Origin: a virus
Taxonomy: Duplodnaviria > Caudoviricetes
IMG/VR virus record: IMGVR_UViG_3300012016_000003
Span: 1-64,000 of that record
DNA: 64,000 bases
Reading direction: 5' to 3' (one strand)
Position 1 is the first letter of the stretch; the number at the start of each line of letters is the position of its first letter. The position numbers and the translations under genes were made by a program. Below, piece by piece: positions 44,001 through 54,256 of this stretch. A model generated the notes under the pieces. It saw only the letters and a list, made by a program, of their open reading frames with translations, was not told the origin of the DNA and ran no database searches.

Positions 44001-47000
44001 GGTAAGTGAAGGGCAATTAGAGAATGTAAGCATAGCCACTCCATTTGACACCTTGGTTGCATCCTCATCACCAATCTTCAAGGTTTCAAGTCGCTTGCTT
44101 GAAATCTGCAAGTTTGTTGCACTTGACCTATCAATGTCAAATGCTGCAAGGTCGCCAATGGAACGGAAGTAATCGGCAGCCATAATATACACTGTTGTAT
44201 TGTTACCACCGATACCATCCATTGTTCCAACCTCGCCATCCCATGTGCGTGAAAAATACCTAACACCTTGACCAGAAAAGACGCAAGGGTACAAGTCCAT
44301 TGCAGGTGTAAGGCTGAACCTTTGTGGATTTTGGGTACGGAATGCTATTCTACCGAGCGACACATCGGTATAGCTTGCAAACGGCCCGTAACGGAACTTA
44401 CTCATGCAATACACCAACCTTCTTTCCACCCAATACATCTCGCTCTCCAAGCTATCTCCGTGTGACTGTGCCGTAGGCAAAACATCCACATTGTATTGTC
44501 CTTGCAAGGTGGCATAGTAGGCATCCTCGTATGAATATCTTGCATCGTGGTTGTATGCGCCCTTTGAGAAGTAGTTTTGCGCCTTATTCCAATAGTATTC
44601 CTTGAAGAATGCCATAAGTTTATCGAACACACCACCTTCACTAGAGCCGCCAAGGGAAATCATCGCATCAAGAATATCCCTACCCATCTTCCTTATCTCA
44701 TCCTCAAAGCACTGGTCTACCAAAGTCCAAAAGGCACTATCCTCGCCCTTGAACACCCTAGCAACCTTATCCGAACTAGTCCAGTCCTTGAACTCAATGG
44801 AATACTTCTTTGCCGAGTTACCTTGGTTGTCAATATCAAAGATGGTATCAAGGTCATCTTGCCGCCATCTCCACTTGCCACCATCGGAAAGGCTCTTGAA
44901 CTTGTAGGGGTAGGAGTTCTTTGCATGGTTATCAGTTGCACCGAACATCACAAGGAAGGTATGGCAAAACAAGGTATCATTCAAGTTCCAAGGGGAATCA
45001 CTTGCCAGCATAGCCGTTCTAAACCTACGTCTACGCATTTCACGCAAGTATTCATCCTTCTTTGCAAGCGCAAGGTCTTCAATGGTGCTTATGCTTAAAA
45101 GCCCCATAGTGGTAAGAATAGCCGCATCCAACTCATCCTCATTACCCATTGTTTCCACCTCCTTCAAGGAAAGGTATTGGTTCTTTTGCGTATCGGTGTT
45201 AAAGTCACCGAACACACCGTATGTGGATAATCCAAGTTTCTTTAGGATATTCGCATTAAGGCTTGACGTGGTGGTCATATCAAGATTTTCAAGCACGTTC
45301 ACACCCGATGCCTTGTAGCTATTGTCCTTTATGTCGAGGTAGTATAGGTTGTAGTCACCATCAAAGTAGAACTCATAGTATAGGAATGGTCTATCATCGT
45401 CATCCTCATTAGGGGTAGAACCGAAACCAGTAACATCGGAATTTATCTTTGTCAATGCAGCTGCTACCGTCTGCACACCGAACCTCGATGTGGTCAAACC
45501 CATAATGAAAGGAGAATTGAGGTAAGCCAACTCGTATGCAGGCTTGAACTCTTCGACCAACTTTGCCATTATTTCCGTACCATCCTCTTCGGTGTCTTTG
45601 CCATAGCAGTTACCAACTTCCCATCCAGCTTCATACTCATCATTGTTTATTCTTATGGAAAGGCTCTCGGCATTGAACACCACGTCATTGTTCCAAGGGT
45701 AACGGAACACAGCAAGACGCTTATCATGGTCAAGACCTTCCATTGTTATCAATGATTTCTTTAGGTCTACATTGTTTATCTTGGCATTGTACTTGAACGT
45801 AGGCTTATCCCCTTTATCTGGACCGATTGTGAACAATCCTATAAACTCATACTTTTCATTACCAAGGTCATCGTATGTCCTTACAAATCCGTAGGCTGGG
45901 TATTGGAATACAGCCGTTCTACCACCACCTTCGTTTGTACCCGCGCACATATCGTGAAGGTCATTGTAGGCACTTGTAGTACCCATCTTGTGTGATTGTT
46001 GGCTAGAGGCATAGTTCTTCTTTGCCGTTATTCGCATTACGGGGGAATGAGTATCGCCATCAAACTTGACGGTTTTGGAAAGTGCGGCATTGCCCCAAGT
46101 ACCCGTAGAACGATTATAGCCATATTGAACATATACTTGCTTTTCATATTTTGAAGAGCCTACCTCGGTTGTGGTCTTGTCAATTCTGTCACGGAAGTTC
46201 CAACGGAAGTAGTTCATAGAGGTTGTACCTTGTCCCATGTGCTCCACGTCATTGATTTTCCAATCCCAAGTAGGATGAGCACCAAAGTGCATTTCAAGGT
46301 TTGCCCTACCGACTTCCTTCTTAGTCCAGTCGGAATATGAAGGTATGGTAGGCTTTACCCAAGGCTTTATTGCCTTACCATCGGCATCTTCCTTGTAAAT
46401 CATCTCCACAATAAACCAGTTAGCCGTGGTGGATTGGATAACCTTTTCATAGCTTACATCACCATCCTCATTCATCACATCATTTTCCCTTGCGTTTGCA
46501 GCCCTCTTTTCCTCTATGGTGGGCAATGATGCTACATAGTTGGTTGTAGCCGCTAGGAAGCCAAATGCTTGGTTGTAGACCCTTATTCCGTACACATATA
46601 GGTTAGCCGAATCGCTGCCCAAGATGATAGGTGCGCTAGTGATAAAGTTGTCATTCCCTTCAAGCGCGAACTCACACTTTATTGTTCCGTTCACGAAGAT
46701 GTGGCAGAACCTTTTCCCCCAATTCTTGTAGTCTTGTGAGAACACGATGATTAGGTCTATGTCATCCTCATCTCCAGTATGGTAGCTCTGCACGTTGTCG
46801 AAAGTGCTCTTTCTTTGGCTTGAATGCACGCAAACCTCATCGGGTCTAATCCTTATTCCAGTAAAGTTGTCAGGGTTGTCTTGCGGCATTGAAGCGATGG
46901 TTATCACATTCTCGTTATAATTGGAAACAACGGATGTCTTGTAGTTTATCTCAATGGCTATGTAGTTGCTCGTTATATTCAAAGGCGCATAGTTTATCTG

Positions 47001-48341
47001 GCACTTTGAACCTGCATTGATAGCCAAGCAACTTCTTCCGTTGTCATCAACAGTCCACCCGTCCATACCATCCACGAAAGCCATCTTAGTCCAAACGGCT
47101 TGAACATCGGTTGAGTCACTTGCATTCTTGATTACATCCCTATCGGCTTGCGCATTACTTCTTGTGGAAGGGTTCATGTAGAATACCGCTCCATTAGTAG
47201 CAGGAAAGCTTGCACTTGTATCTACAAGGAATGATGCCGAAGGGTGCGTATCTCCATAGGTTAGCATGGCTATAAGTGTAGGGCTCTCGGCATTTATATC
47301 CACATTAAAATAAAGGCTGTTCTTTTGGCTTGCAGCCACATTGGAAAGCAAGGCATCATAGATAGGGTGTGAAACACCGCTATACGTTGCGCTTATGGTC
47401 TGCCGTACATTGCTTGTGGTAGATGTACCGCTCGTTGAGTTACCCCCATTGTAGATGGCATAGTCAAAGAGTCTGGCACTTGTTCCGTTGACAACTTGCG
47501 TACCCACATTGTTGATACAAACAAGTTGTGCCGTGGCAGCTTGTGAGGAAGCAACGCACATCACATTGTAGGCGTAGTGGGTAGACTCCAAAGTGCCGCT
47601 AGCCACCCATATCTCAAACTTGTAGACTCCCGTTCCCGTAGTTGGAAAATCGGTAAGCACAAAGTAATAGCCACCATTGGCAAAGGTGGTAGTACCTATA
47701 TTTACTGATGATGTGTGGTCATAGGCAAGGTCGGCATTGGAAACACGGAGATAGACGGTCTTGTCAAGGTTGCCAGTGATGGCGAAAGCACCAAAGGAAT
47801 AGCCGTTGGGGTTATCCACATAGGCATTTTCCCAAAGCACGTTTGATGGGGTCAAGGACATGGTGGTAAGCATTGCACTGCCCACCCAAGCATCCGTTGC
47901 ACTCAATGCAGTTTCCGTGAACTTTACCCTTACGTTCCTTGCCGTAGTGGAAAGGTAGGACTTTATATCTACGGAGATTGAGCCGTTACCACTTACGGAG
48001 ATGCCATCCACAACCGTAACATAGTTGCCGTTTGCATCTGCCACCTCTACACTAGCCTTGTAGTTCGTATCTTGAACCACTTGACGTGAACCATCCACAA
48101 GAACCTTTGTGGTTGTTGCAGAAGCCTTTAGCAATGCCGTTGCATCGGAACGCTTGAAGTATAGGCTGCTACCGCTAGCCCCCTCGACACTTATCGTTAC
48201 CACATAAGTAGCACCTTGAATGCCTGGGCTGCTGTTTACTGCACCGATGATTTCATCTATCTTTGCCGTGATGTCATTCATCTCGGCAGATTGTAGAACT
48301 TGCTCTTGTTCAAATGTCTTGTTTAATAAATCAATAGCCAT
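41088..48341 (-). CDS. Large multidomain tail/receptor-binding protein (LamG-like, CotH-kinase-like, LRR/BspA and DUF285-like repeats)
   Basis: 2417 aa; GATDNHAKNSY..WRQDDLDTIFDIDNQG; repeated FxGCxxL and NMFYGCSALT. Confidence 0.8.
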   Translation of the reverse strand: MAIDLLNKTFEQEQVLQSAEMNDITAKIDEIIGAVNSSPGIQGATYVVTISVEGASGSSLYFKRSDATALLKASATTTKVLVDGSRQVVQDTNYKASVEVADANGNYVTVVDGISVSGNGSISVDIKSYLSTTARNVRVKFTETALSATDAWVGSAMLTTMSLTPSNVLWENAYVDNPNGYSFGAFAITGNLDKTVYLRVSNADLAYDHTSSVNIGTTTFANGGYYFVLTDFPTTGTGVYKFEIWVASGTLESTHYAYNVMCVASSQAATAQLVCINNVGTQVVNGTSARLFDYAIYNGGNSTSGTSTTSNVRQTISATYSGVSHPIYDALLSNVAASQKNSLYFNVDINAESPTLIAMLTYGDTHPSASFLVDTSASFPATNGAVFYMNPSTRSNAQADRDVIKNASDSTDVQAVWTKMAFVDGMDGWTVDDNGRSCLAINAGSKCQINYAPLNITSNYIAIEINYKTSVVSNYNENVITIASMPQDNPDNFTGIRIRPDEVCVHSSQRKSTFDNVQSYHTGDEDDIDLIIVFSQDYKNWGKRFCHIFVNGTIKCEFALEGNDNFITSAPIILGSDSANLYVYGIRVYNQAFGFLAATTNYVASLPTIEEKRAANARENDVMNEDGDVSYEKVIQSTTANWFIVEMIYKEDADGKAIKPWVKPTIPSYSDWTKKEVGRANLEMHFGAHPTWDWKINDVEHMGQGTTSMNYFRWNFRDRIDKTTTEVGSSKYEKQVYVQYGYNRSTGTWGNAALSKTVKFDGDTHSPVMRITAKKNYASSQQSHKMGTTSAYNDLHDMCAGTNEGGGRTAVFQYPAYGFVRTYDDLGNEKYEFIGLFTIGPDKGDKPTFKYNAKINNVDLKKSLITMEGLDHDKRLAVFRYPWNNDVVFNAESLSIRINNDEYEAGWEVGNCYGKDTEEDGTEIMAKLVEEFKPAYELAYLNSPFIMGLTTSRFGVQTVAAALTKINSDVTGFGSTPNEDDDDRPFLYYEFYFDGDYNLYYLDIKDNSYKASGVNVLENLDMTTTSSLNANILKKLGLSTYGVFGDFNTDTQKNQYLSLKEVETMGNEDELDAAILTTMGLLSISTIEDLALAKKDEYLREMRRRRFRTAMLASDSPWNLNDTLFCHTFLVMFGATDNHAKNSYPYKFKSLSDGGKWRWRQDDLDTIFDIDNQGNSAKKYSIEFKDWTSSDKVARVFKGEDSAFWTLVDQCFEDEIRKMGRDILDAMISLGGSSEGGVFDKLMAFFKEYYWNKAQNYFSKGAYNHDARYSYEDAYYATLQGQYNVDVLPTAQSHGDSLESEMYWVERRLVYCMSKFRYGPFASYTDVSLGRIAFRTQNPQRFSLTPAMDLYPCVFSGQGVRYFSRTWDGEVGTMDGIGGNNTTVYIMAADYFRSIGDLAAFDIDRSSATNLQISSKRLETLKIGDEDATKVSNGVAMLTFSNCPSLTLIDARNATNLSGSLDLSNCPRIRTVYLTGTQVAGLTFAEGSKLETLTLPSTMTALSLKNLKFLSSLDVTACAPNVKSVDIEGCSMLRSFQILKDIYYSNDTQGKNALTYIRITDIDETVTSADDPNGQVAEMLYRIAKGLDADANEKNYYALDAQGRETSDTAYISGTIEFETLVSGYAEAIQAYFPYLTIKSGQTVIPSKDAIGLTLTGKEDIETIYEDEAVGITRTYEVGANTLAYKSVKWSSDSIPAAIALRTTDYTATLDFANFEPSGSKNGTTENFSVTATSTWNNQVRVTREIALARIRILQIKNLVVDNEAIDYKKGTTCTLSYTLNPPKNTKSRFVEYVYDNQKISILNNVVSPINSTYGYTDVYARLSDDPTIFSNTVRIYLNDLLLINAETNAGFASLLSFIYNTLKVSESATLLYAREAAKVTRFNGNLKNKTALTSFDEFEYFVSYRCTNEVGETRGVFTGCTELTRIKFPSTFTGVIGVDPSMIGNASQGFCYHCTSLATIDFNGSTPTTFGSTAFIGCTALVTLDIPSTVTIYGRQCLQGCTALVNAEPSYATRIYLSAFSGCTKLIINNPFVNDVTIDAEAFRNCSSLTSLTFNKNCTVNDEYTFAGCKSLVSFNVQGDFLLEGAPYDLFNGCTALTTVAPLKVTSSCTSLARAFQNCSSLQTITFDQESDFSNFAGLTSTFQGCSSLNNVSFLESINFSKVTSMQSMFYGCSALTSIEFPSNADFSKVTTTKNMFYGCSALTSVSQSFLDSLTNVTNAAEMFRGTGFTEIGNVFVKKAQIGGSQSDHGANRMFGYCSNLTKVGNLDFSEVPYSSKGVFGNLYLFQGCTNLAEVGNIDISSYNGAVTTLNNFTGTTKLKKVGVIICPNATSCTLNGQYYGVSNITDFGGFRGCKCNITCSSASKLTRQSALNVINECGDNSEGSTTYTITFASATKALLTEADIALATAKGYTIA

Positions 48342-48342
48342 T

Positions 48343-48570
48343 CTATCCCAATGTGTTTATATCAAGTTTGCCAATATCAAGTATAAGATGACCCTCCAAG
48401 TCGCCACCGCCATGAATATATCCGTACCCATCCTTTAGCCTAAGTACGTTCATTACGGTGTCCCAAGGGTCTTCAACAATGTTATTCCCCTCTCTAAGGA
48501 CTTGCATTGAGGTGACGTGTATCAATCCGTCAACCTCGCTTGCCTTTGTGTTTATCTTTAGTACCCTCAT
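48343..48570 (-). CDS. Small tail-module protein
   Basis: 75 aa between the large tail genes. Confidence 0.65.
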   Translation of the reverse strand: MRVLKINTKASEVDGLIHVTSMQVLREGNNIVEDPWDTVMNVLRLKDGYGYIHGGGDLEGHLILDIGKLDINTLG

Positions 48571-51500
48571 GCCAGTTGTTCCTCACTTTCATTATCCCAT
48601 ACCGTACCATCTATGCAAGCAAAGTACGCATCGGGAGCATCACAATAGCCATCATTGTAAAAACCGAAATGGTAGCCCTTGCGCATTTGTCCCGAACTAT
48701 TCACAAACCTTGCATCCGTTTGTACGGTTGTTTCATAGGCTACATAGCCAGTAACGTGGTTTGCAGCTACGGTGGAATCGGTAGGCGACTCATTTTCATA
48801 GTTTCCATAGCAAGTCAAGCCATCATACTGCCGTATGGTTGATGGGTTGGTGCTATCGGCATGGAATACGGAAATCTGCCTTGCACTTGTAGTAGGCACT
48901 CTCGTTGCCCATTGTCCGTTGCTAACCGTATTTGCCAAGGTTGAATAAGCCGTGGCACTTGAAACCACAACCACACCTTTAGAGCCAAGCGACTCCCAAT
49001 AGTAGGCTAGTGTGTTTGTTATCACACCAGTTTCGGTTATGTACCAAGCCACCGAACCATCGGGGTTATAGTAGTATGTCCTCATGCCCGTAATCACACC
49101 GCTTGAATTGTAGATGAACACATCTTCCTTCATCTTTGTGCCATCGGGGTAGTAGTACACAACAGTTCCGTTTCCATTTCCATTGTACTTTGAAAGCACC
49201 CTCCCATTCACATCCGTAGCGATGACAGTTTGGGTAATCAATTCACTAGCCTTAATCATGTCGGTACGGATATACCCATTGCCATCTGCATCCTCTTGGA
49301 TAATGGCTATGTCTTTAGGGTTGGTAGTGTTCCTATTACGGAAGAAGAACTTATCGGCATAGAAGTGAAACTCCCTTGCATCCCAATCAAAACCAGCTTC
49401 ACGAAAGACTTGCTTATCCCCATCACTCATTCCGTTGGTGTAGCAGTCCTTCTTTGCCCAATGCGCTTCATTGAAAGTGCTACCATTGTTTGATGTGGTG
49501 GCAACCATGATAGTGCCCTTTTCATACAAAGTGCCGTTCAAGGTTGTGTCTGCACTTAATATCCAAAGGTCATTCTTCCTATATAGGTAGCCATCATCAA
49601 TGATTTCCCCGTCGGCATTCGTGCGCTTGTTCTCTGGTTTTGCAATGAATATGGTAGCCTTTCCATCCGTCTTGTCCGTAAGTTCTTCAAGGCTTATGGA
49701 TGATTGAATCCATTTCTCCCCATTCCAGTAGTAGCTTAGACCAGTGTCCTCATTAACCCAAATATCGCCCTTATGGTTGGCTTTCAATTCTGGAGTAGTC
49801 CAAGCAAGGCTAGGGTCTGCATCGGAAGTGGTAACAAAGCTTTCGGCTACACCATCAAGTTGTTCGGAAATTTCTTGCACGAAAGGAGTGTAGGTGTTCT
49901 CAATGAACACTTGCAATGCCTTTCCATCAGTGTATTTCAAGATGTCTACCCAATCGGTATCATAGAACCTATCCGTTCTAGTAGCAAGGGAAACAAGGAT
50001 AGTTCCAGCCGTATAGGTCTTAGAGCCATCTTGATAATCTATCTTTACTGTATCATCCAAAATCCAAAAATCATGTGCATTGTATGGCACTGTAGGTGTA
50101 CCATAGAATATACTAGCCTTTCTATCATACTTTTGCGTGAAAGGAGTAAGGTCTACACTACTTTCCACCCATTCCTCTCCATTCCACACACTAGAGGTTT
50201 TATCATTTGTGTTGTACCACAAATCTCCAACGTGTTCGCTAGGTTCAGTCCAACCCTCGCTTGGGTCATCGGCTTGGTAGTAGGAATCAGCTTTTCCATC
50301 CACTTGCCTTTGAACCTCGGTCTTGAATGTGTTGATAGCCGTTAAAGCATTTTGTATCTGGGTGGAATAGTTAGCCGCCAATGCCCAATCAGCAATGTTA
50401 AAGCTATCCCAAGAACCATTCCTAATACATACCAACAAGTCATTAGTATAGCTATTTTGGTACGTTGCTTTTACCCAAAGGTCATTCTTGGAGTAGTCAC
50501 CACTTGTAGGGGTGTCAGTGCCGTAAGTGCCAGCAAAGCAACGTGCCTTTTCCCTAACTAGACGCAAAGACTCAATCAAGTACTGGTCGCTTACCTCTTG
50601 CCAAAAATATCCCGAAACGGGGTTATACTTGTATTCCCAAGCCAAACCATCTGCACTAAGGTAAATATCTCCAACGTGTTCATCCCTTACCTCATCGGTA
50701 GTCCATTCACTTTCGGGTTCACTATCGGCACTAGGCTCTCCGTATGTTTCACTTCGCCAAACGAGGAATGAACCATCGCTTTGGGATGCTATTTCCTCTA
50801 TTACCTCATCAATGGTCTTGTAGCTAACTTGACCATCCTTTCCAGTGTGTCTAAAGTCAAAGTGGTTGGCACGGATATTCAACCCGCCATCTTGGTCATA
50901 CTTGATGTAGTTCGTTTGCAGCCTATCCCCAACGTACATATCGCCATAGACCACCATCTTCATCCTACCAGTAGTAGGGTCATACTCAAAGCTAGTGGCG
51001 TCCTTATCCACAAGGGAATAGTCATTGATGCCGTGATATATCTTTATCGAAGGACTTGATGAGCCAGTAGATGAAATCTCTATGAAATTCTGCCTTGTCG
51101 CATCGGTCTTGTTACCTACAACAACAAGTACATCACCACGCTTAGGAATGCCCGAACCAGCATCGCAATCCTCGATAGACAAATCCACATAACCATTTTG
51201 GTAGTCCACATTATCCACGGCACGCCAATAGTAGGTAGCTTGGTTCACGTTGAAGGTTTGGCATCTCGCAAGGTCGCCCACTTGCCAATCATTGATGTTT
51301 ATCGTAGAATGACCATCGGTCAAGTCTACATAGCACCTATAAACATCATCAAGAACCTCCACGTTGGAAATCGTAAGGTCTGCTGGGCTGACACCTATAC
51401 TTCCACCCACATGGTCCAACCTCTTTATAGCCAACTCTATGAAATAAGCCATCTTTCTAACCATAAGACGGTCTATCTCCAAGTAGGAATCGTTGGTGTT

Positions 51501-53747
51501 ACCATATTTTCCCATGTGGTAGCCGCTTCCAAGTTCGCCACTTGAAAAGTTGTCACTACCAAAGCCATTCCTAAAGGTTGTTTCCTTGTCAAAGGTTATA
51601 TAACCATAGGCAGTATCATTGTTTGTCTTTGAAAGTTTCTTTGCAAGTTCAGCCCATACATTCCTTGAATAGGTTTCACGGAGAATGGATATTACGGAAG
51701 AAAGCCTTTCAACATCATCTACAACTTGCCCAATCTGGTTAAGGACAACCTCGATATTGTCGGTAAGTGTTATGTCATATTGTGGCAATACACCAGCACC
51801 ATACTTGATAGTCAGTTGCTTTACATACAATTCAAGCGGTTGTGCCATGTTCCCAAATGCAAAGTGAACAATGGCATTAGGCTTTATTTGTGAAAGTATG
51901 TAAGTATGGGTTGCCAAGAAATACTCGTCAAACTTCAACGGATAGTCATAGTAATGCACATTGTTTTCAAGCATATATGACTTTGCAGCATCATCAAGTG
52001 CTTGCTCAGCACCCGTGATGTATTCCACTGGCAAGGATATGCCAAGTACCACAAACTCATCGCCTTGCGTTGGAACTTGGTACACATTAGGCATTAGAGT
52101 GCCGAATGTTTCATTGTCCTTTTGAACTATAAGGCTTATTTGTGTCTGGCTGCTATCGGGATATTTCTCCCCATCCCTTACATGACCATCCCCACTAGTG
52201 GTGTGGATAACTGGGTCGAACACACCATCGGAATTGTAAAAGTTTTTCTTATAGTCCTCCCAATCCACTTGAACATTGAACGTACAACCTATGCAAGCAC
52301 CTGAACGCATATTAATGCTCATCTGCTCCGTTATGGATGCACAAGCATAAATATCGAATGATAACAAAGGCAAATCCACCCTAAAGTAGCTTTGCAAGTA
52401 GTTCCCGTCATCATCCATTGTGTCATCCCAAGCATCTGCTGGAGTAAGGTCTGCATTCAAAGGAACTGCACCTGCAATCTCCACACCACTGCCACTTGTA
52501 TTCATTTCGGGCTTGATGTCCTCAAACTGGTGTATCTCATAGGAAGGTGCGGTTGTGTCTATGGCATTAGGGTATGGGTATTGCTCCGTAGGAACTGCAT
52601 CGTAATAGTCTATGATTTCCCCATTAGGGTTGTAGTTCGGGTTCAATGGGTTTACCTTTCTATCCACTGTTTCCCTATATACCGTAGGCATAAGGGTAGA
52701 CCTTGTGAAAGGGTGCTTGATAAGCCTTACCTTTCTACCACCTACAATGCCATCGTAGATAGGATAGGAAACCGCTTGAACGCTTTTCCCATTAACGGTA
52801 ATGGTTTGTACCCCACTTGCATTATTAAGCGTGTAGTCCCATTCTTGGTTGCCTTGCCAAACAATTTGTGGATAGCCGTAAGGAATGTTACTTTCACTTC
52901 CATATCCACTTATTCTTGTAACTATCTTGTTGTTCCTAGGTGTCCTAGAATTGTTCTTCAAGCCAACCCCTTTGCCCATCCTAAAGATGTAAGGCGTTGA
53001 CTCATCCTCTTGTGTGTGGATTTCATTGCTAGGCAATCCAAGGACAACCTTAAACCTCTTGCCATCTGCATACCCTTGTTCGCCATTGCCTATAGCATCT
53101 ATGACATAAGGAATCTCCCAAGTGTCATACCAAGTCTTCAAGGCATCTGCAATGGTGTTCTTGCTGAATGTAAGCACACCGCTCAACTGGGTGTCCTTAT
53201 CCGTAGGAAACCTTGAACTTTTTTCCACCATCCATTGCGTTCCTTGGAGGTTCTTGTTCAGCTTTGCTATATAGCCGTCAGGGTAGCCAATCCAAGAAAA
53301 TTCCTTGTCTTGTGACAAGAACCTTTCCTCATTCTCCGTTACGGCTACATCAGTGAAAGGCAAGTTACCCAAGGCATACATGGGGTGGTAGAACACAAAG
53401 GAGTATTTTGTCATGCCCTTTAGTTCGGAATTGTCCGAAACCATACCCTCACGAACTATGGTAGGCGGGCTTACAAGAACATACCTCACGGCATCCTCAT
53501 TCTCATCCTCTGGGTTTCTCTTGTAGATGATGTATTCCTTCATCGTCACATCAAGGGTGTTGTCCTTGTAGTACACATCGCCAGTAATCTTGTCACCAAG
53601 CGACATGACAACACTATCCACAACGGCTTTCCTCAAGACAAGCCCGTGGAATGATGTGCCATCCTCATTGTATATCGGGAATGTTATGTTTCTGCCTAAT
53701 TTCTCTTCAGCCATCTTGTAAGTTTGATAAATACAAAGATAATACAA
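48567..53747 (-). CDS. Large tail protein (hub/host-specificity type)
   Basis: 1726 aa; EIDRLMVRKMAYFIEL, RCQTFNV..YYWRAV, GDVLVVVGN..RQNFIEIS motifs. Confidence 0.8.
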   Translation of the reverse strand: MYYLCIYQTYKMAEEKLGRNITFPIYNEDGTSFHGLVLRKAVVDSVVMSLGDKITGDVYYKDNTLDVTMKEYIIYKRNPEDENEDAVRYVLVSPPTIVREGMVSDNSELKGMTKYSFVFYHPMYALGNLPFTDVAVTENEERFLSQDKEFSWIGYPDGYIAKLNKNLQGTQWMVEKSSRFPTDKDTQLSGVLTFSKNTIADALKTWYDTWEIPYVIDAIGNGEQGYADGKRFKVVLGLPSNEIHTQEDESTPYIFRMGKGVGLKNNSRTPRNNKIVTRISGYGSESNIPYGYPQIVWQGNQEWDYTLNNASGVQTITVNGKSVQAVSYPIYDGIVGGRKVRLIKHPFTRSTLMPTVYRETVDRKVNPLNPNYNPNGEIIDYYDAVPTEQYPYPNAIDTTAPSYEIHQFEDIKPEMNTSGSGVEIAGAVPLNADLTPADAWDDTMDDDGNYLQSYFRVDLPLLSFDIYACASITEQMSINMRSGACIGCTFNVQVDWEDYKKNFYNSDGVFDPVIHTTSGDGHVRDGEKYPDSSQTQISLIVQKDNETFGTLMPNVYQVPTQGDEFVVLGISLPVEYITGAEQALDDAAKSYMLENNVHYYDYPLKFDEYFLATHTYILSQIKPNAIVHFAFGNMAQPLELYVKQLTIKYGAGVLPQYDITLTDNIEVVLNQIGQVVDDVERLSSVISILRETYSRNVWAELAKKLSKTNNDTAYGYITFDKETTFRNGFGSDNFSSGELGSGYHMGKYGNTNDSYLEIDRLMVRKMAYFIELAIKRLDHVGGSIGVSPADLTISNVEVLDDVYRCYVDLTDGHSTININDWQVGDLARCQTFNVNQATYYWRAVDNVDYQNGYVDLSIEDCDAGSGIPKRGDVLVVVGNKTDATRQNFIEISSTGSSSPSIKIYHGINDYSLVDKDATSFEYDPTTGRMKMVVYGDMYVGDRLQTNYIKYDQDGGLNIRANHFDFRHTGKDGQVSYKTIDEVIEEIASQSDGSFLVWRSETYGEPSADSEPESEWTTDEVRDEHVGDIYLSADGLAWEYKYNPVSGYFWQEVSDQYLIESLRLVREKARCFAGTYGTDTPTSGDYSKNDLWVKATYQNSYTNDLLVCIRNGSWDSFNIADWALAANYSTQIQNALTAINTFKTEVQRQVDGKADSYYQADDPSEGWTEPSEHVGDLWYNTNDKTSSVWNGEEWVESSVDLTPFTQKYDRKASIFYGTPTVPYNAHDFWILDDTVKIDYQDGSKTYTAGTILVSLATRTDRFYDTDWVDILKYTDGKALQVFIENTYTPFVQEISEQLDGVAESFVTTSDADPSLAWTTPELKANHKGDIWVNEDTGLSYYWNGEKWIQSSISLEELTDKTDGKATIFIAKPENKRTNADGEIIDDGYLYRKNDLWILSADTTLNGTLYEKGTIMVATTSNNGSTFNEAHWAKKDCYTNGMSDGDKQVFREAGFDWDAREFHFYADKFFFRNRNTTNPKDIAIIQEDADGNGYIRTDMIKASELITQTVIATDVNGRVLSKYNGNGNGTVVYYYPDGTKMKEDVFIYNSSGVITGMRTYYYNPDGSVAWYITETGVITNTLAYYWESLGSKGVVVVSSATAYSTLANTVSNGQWATRVPTTSARQISVFHADSTNPSTIRQYDGLTCYGNYENESPTDSTVAANHVTGYVAYETTVQTDARFVNSSGQMRKGYHFGFYNDGYCDAPDAYFACIDGTVWDNESEEQLA

Positions 53748-54094
53748 AGGATTGAAAGTAACAAGGAAAACTTGTAGATTTTGGGAACTCTTGTAACCTC
53801 CTTCACATTTTCCTTATATTCCACAACAATGCTGTCACGCCAGCAAGTGTCATGCCTTTCAACCACACGGTCACGCCACCTTGTCTTTTCTACATATTTA
53901 GTCCTCCATATTGTGTCGCCCTTTGCAAGAACCTCCAAATATATACTATCCCTTGTGTTGTTTATCAAGGTGTCATGTATGGTGTTCGTTATATAGCGGT
54001 TTACATCTCGGTCACGATACTCAATCCTTGTCCTTGTGGCACAAGCGGCCAGTAAGAACAAGGAAAGAAAAGCTATAATGGTGGCATTCCTCAT
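53696..54094 (-). CDS. Probable unimolecular spanin
   Basis: N-terminal lipobox LLAAC and C-terminal TM helix; directly downstream of the endolysin. Confidence 0.65.
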   Translation of the reverse strand: MRNATIIAFLSLFLLAACATRTRIEYRDRDVNRYITNTIHDTLINNTRDSIYLEVLAKGDTIWRTKYVEKTRWRDRVVERHDTCWRDSIVVEYKENVKEVTRVPKIYKFSLLLSILCIIFVFIKLTRWLKRN

Positions 54095-54103
54095 GGTATC
54101 ATA

Positions 54104-54256
54104 TTATTTTATGGTTATATGCACACTTTCCCCACGTTTCTTTGCTGGGGTGAAGTATTTGTTCATTAGCATTATGAATGTGGTCTTTGATTCAGTAACC
54201 ATGCCCTTTGTCGTGTTTTTTCCAACCAACAAACAACCTTCGGTATCGTCAATAAC
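54104..54256 (-). CDS. DUF5675 endolysin, exon 2
   Basis: VIDDTEGCLLVGKN..HITIK* completes the HxGNxxxDTEGC motif. Confidence 0.8.
   Translation of the reverse strand, partial: VIDDTEGCLLVGKNTTKGMVTESKTTFIMLMNKYFTPAKKRGESVHITIK

Noticed and set aside
37447-53747. Diversity-generating retroelement acting on tail genes
   Set aside because: No reverse transcriptase and no TR/VR pair differing at adenines seen in the window.
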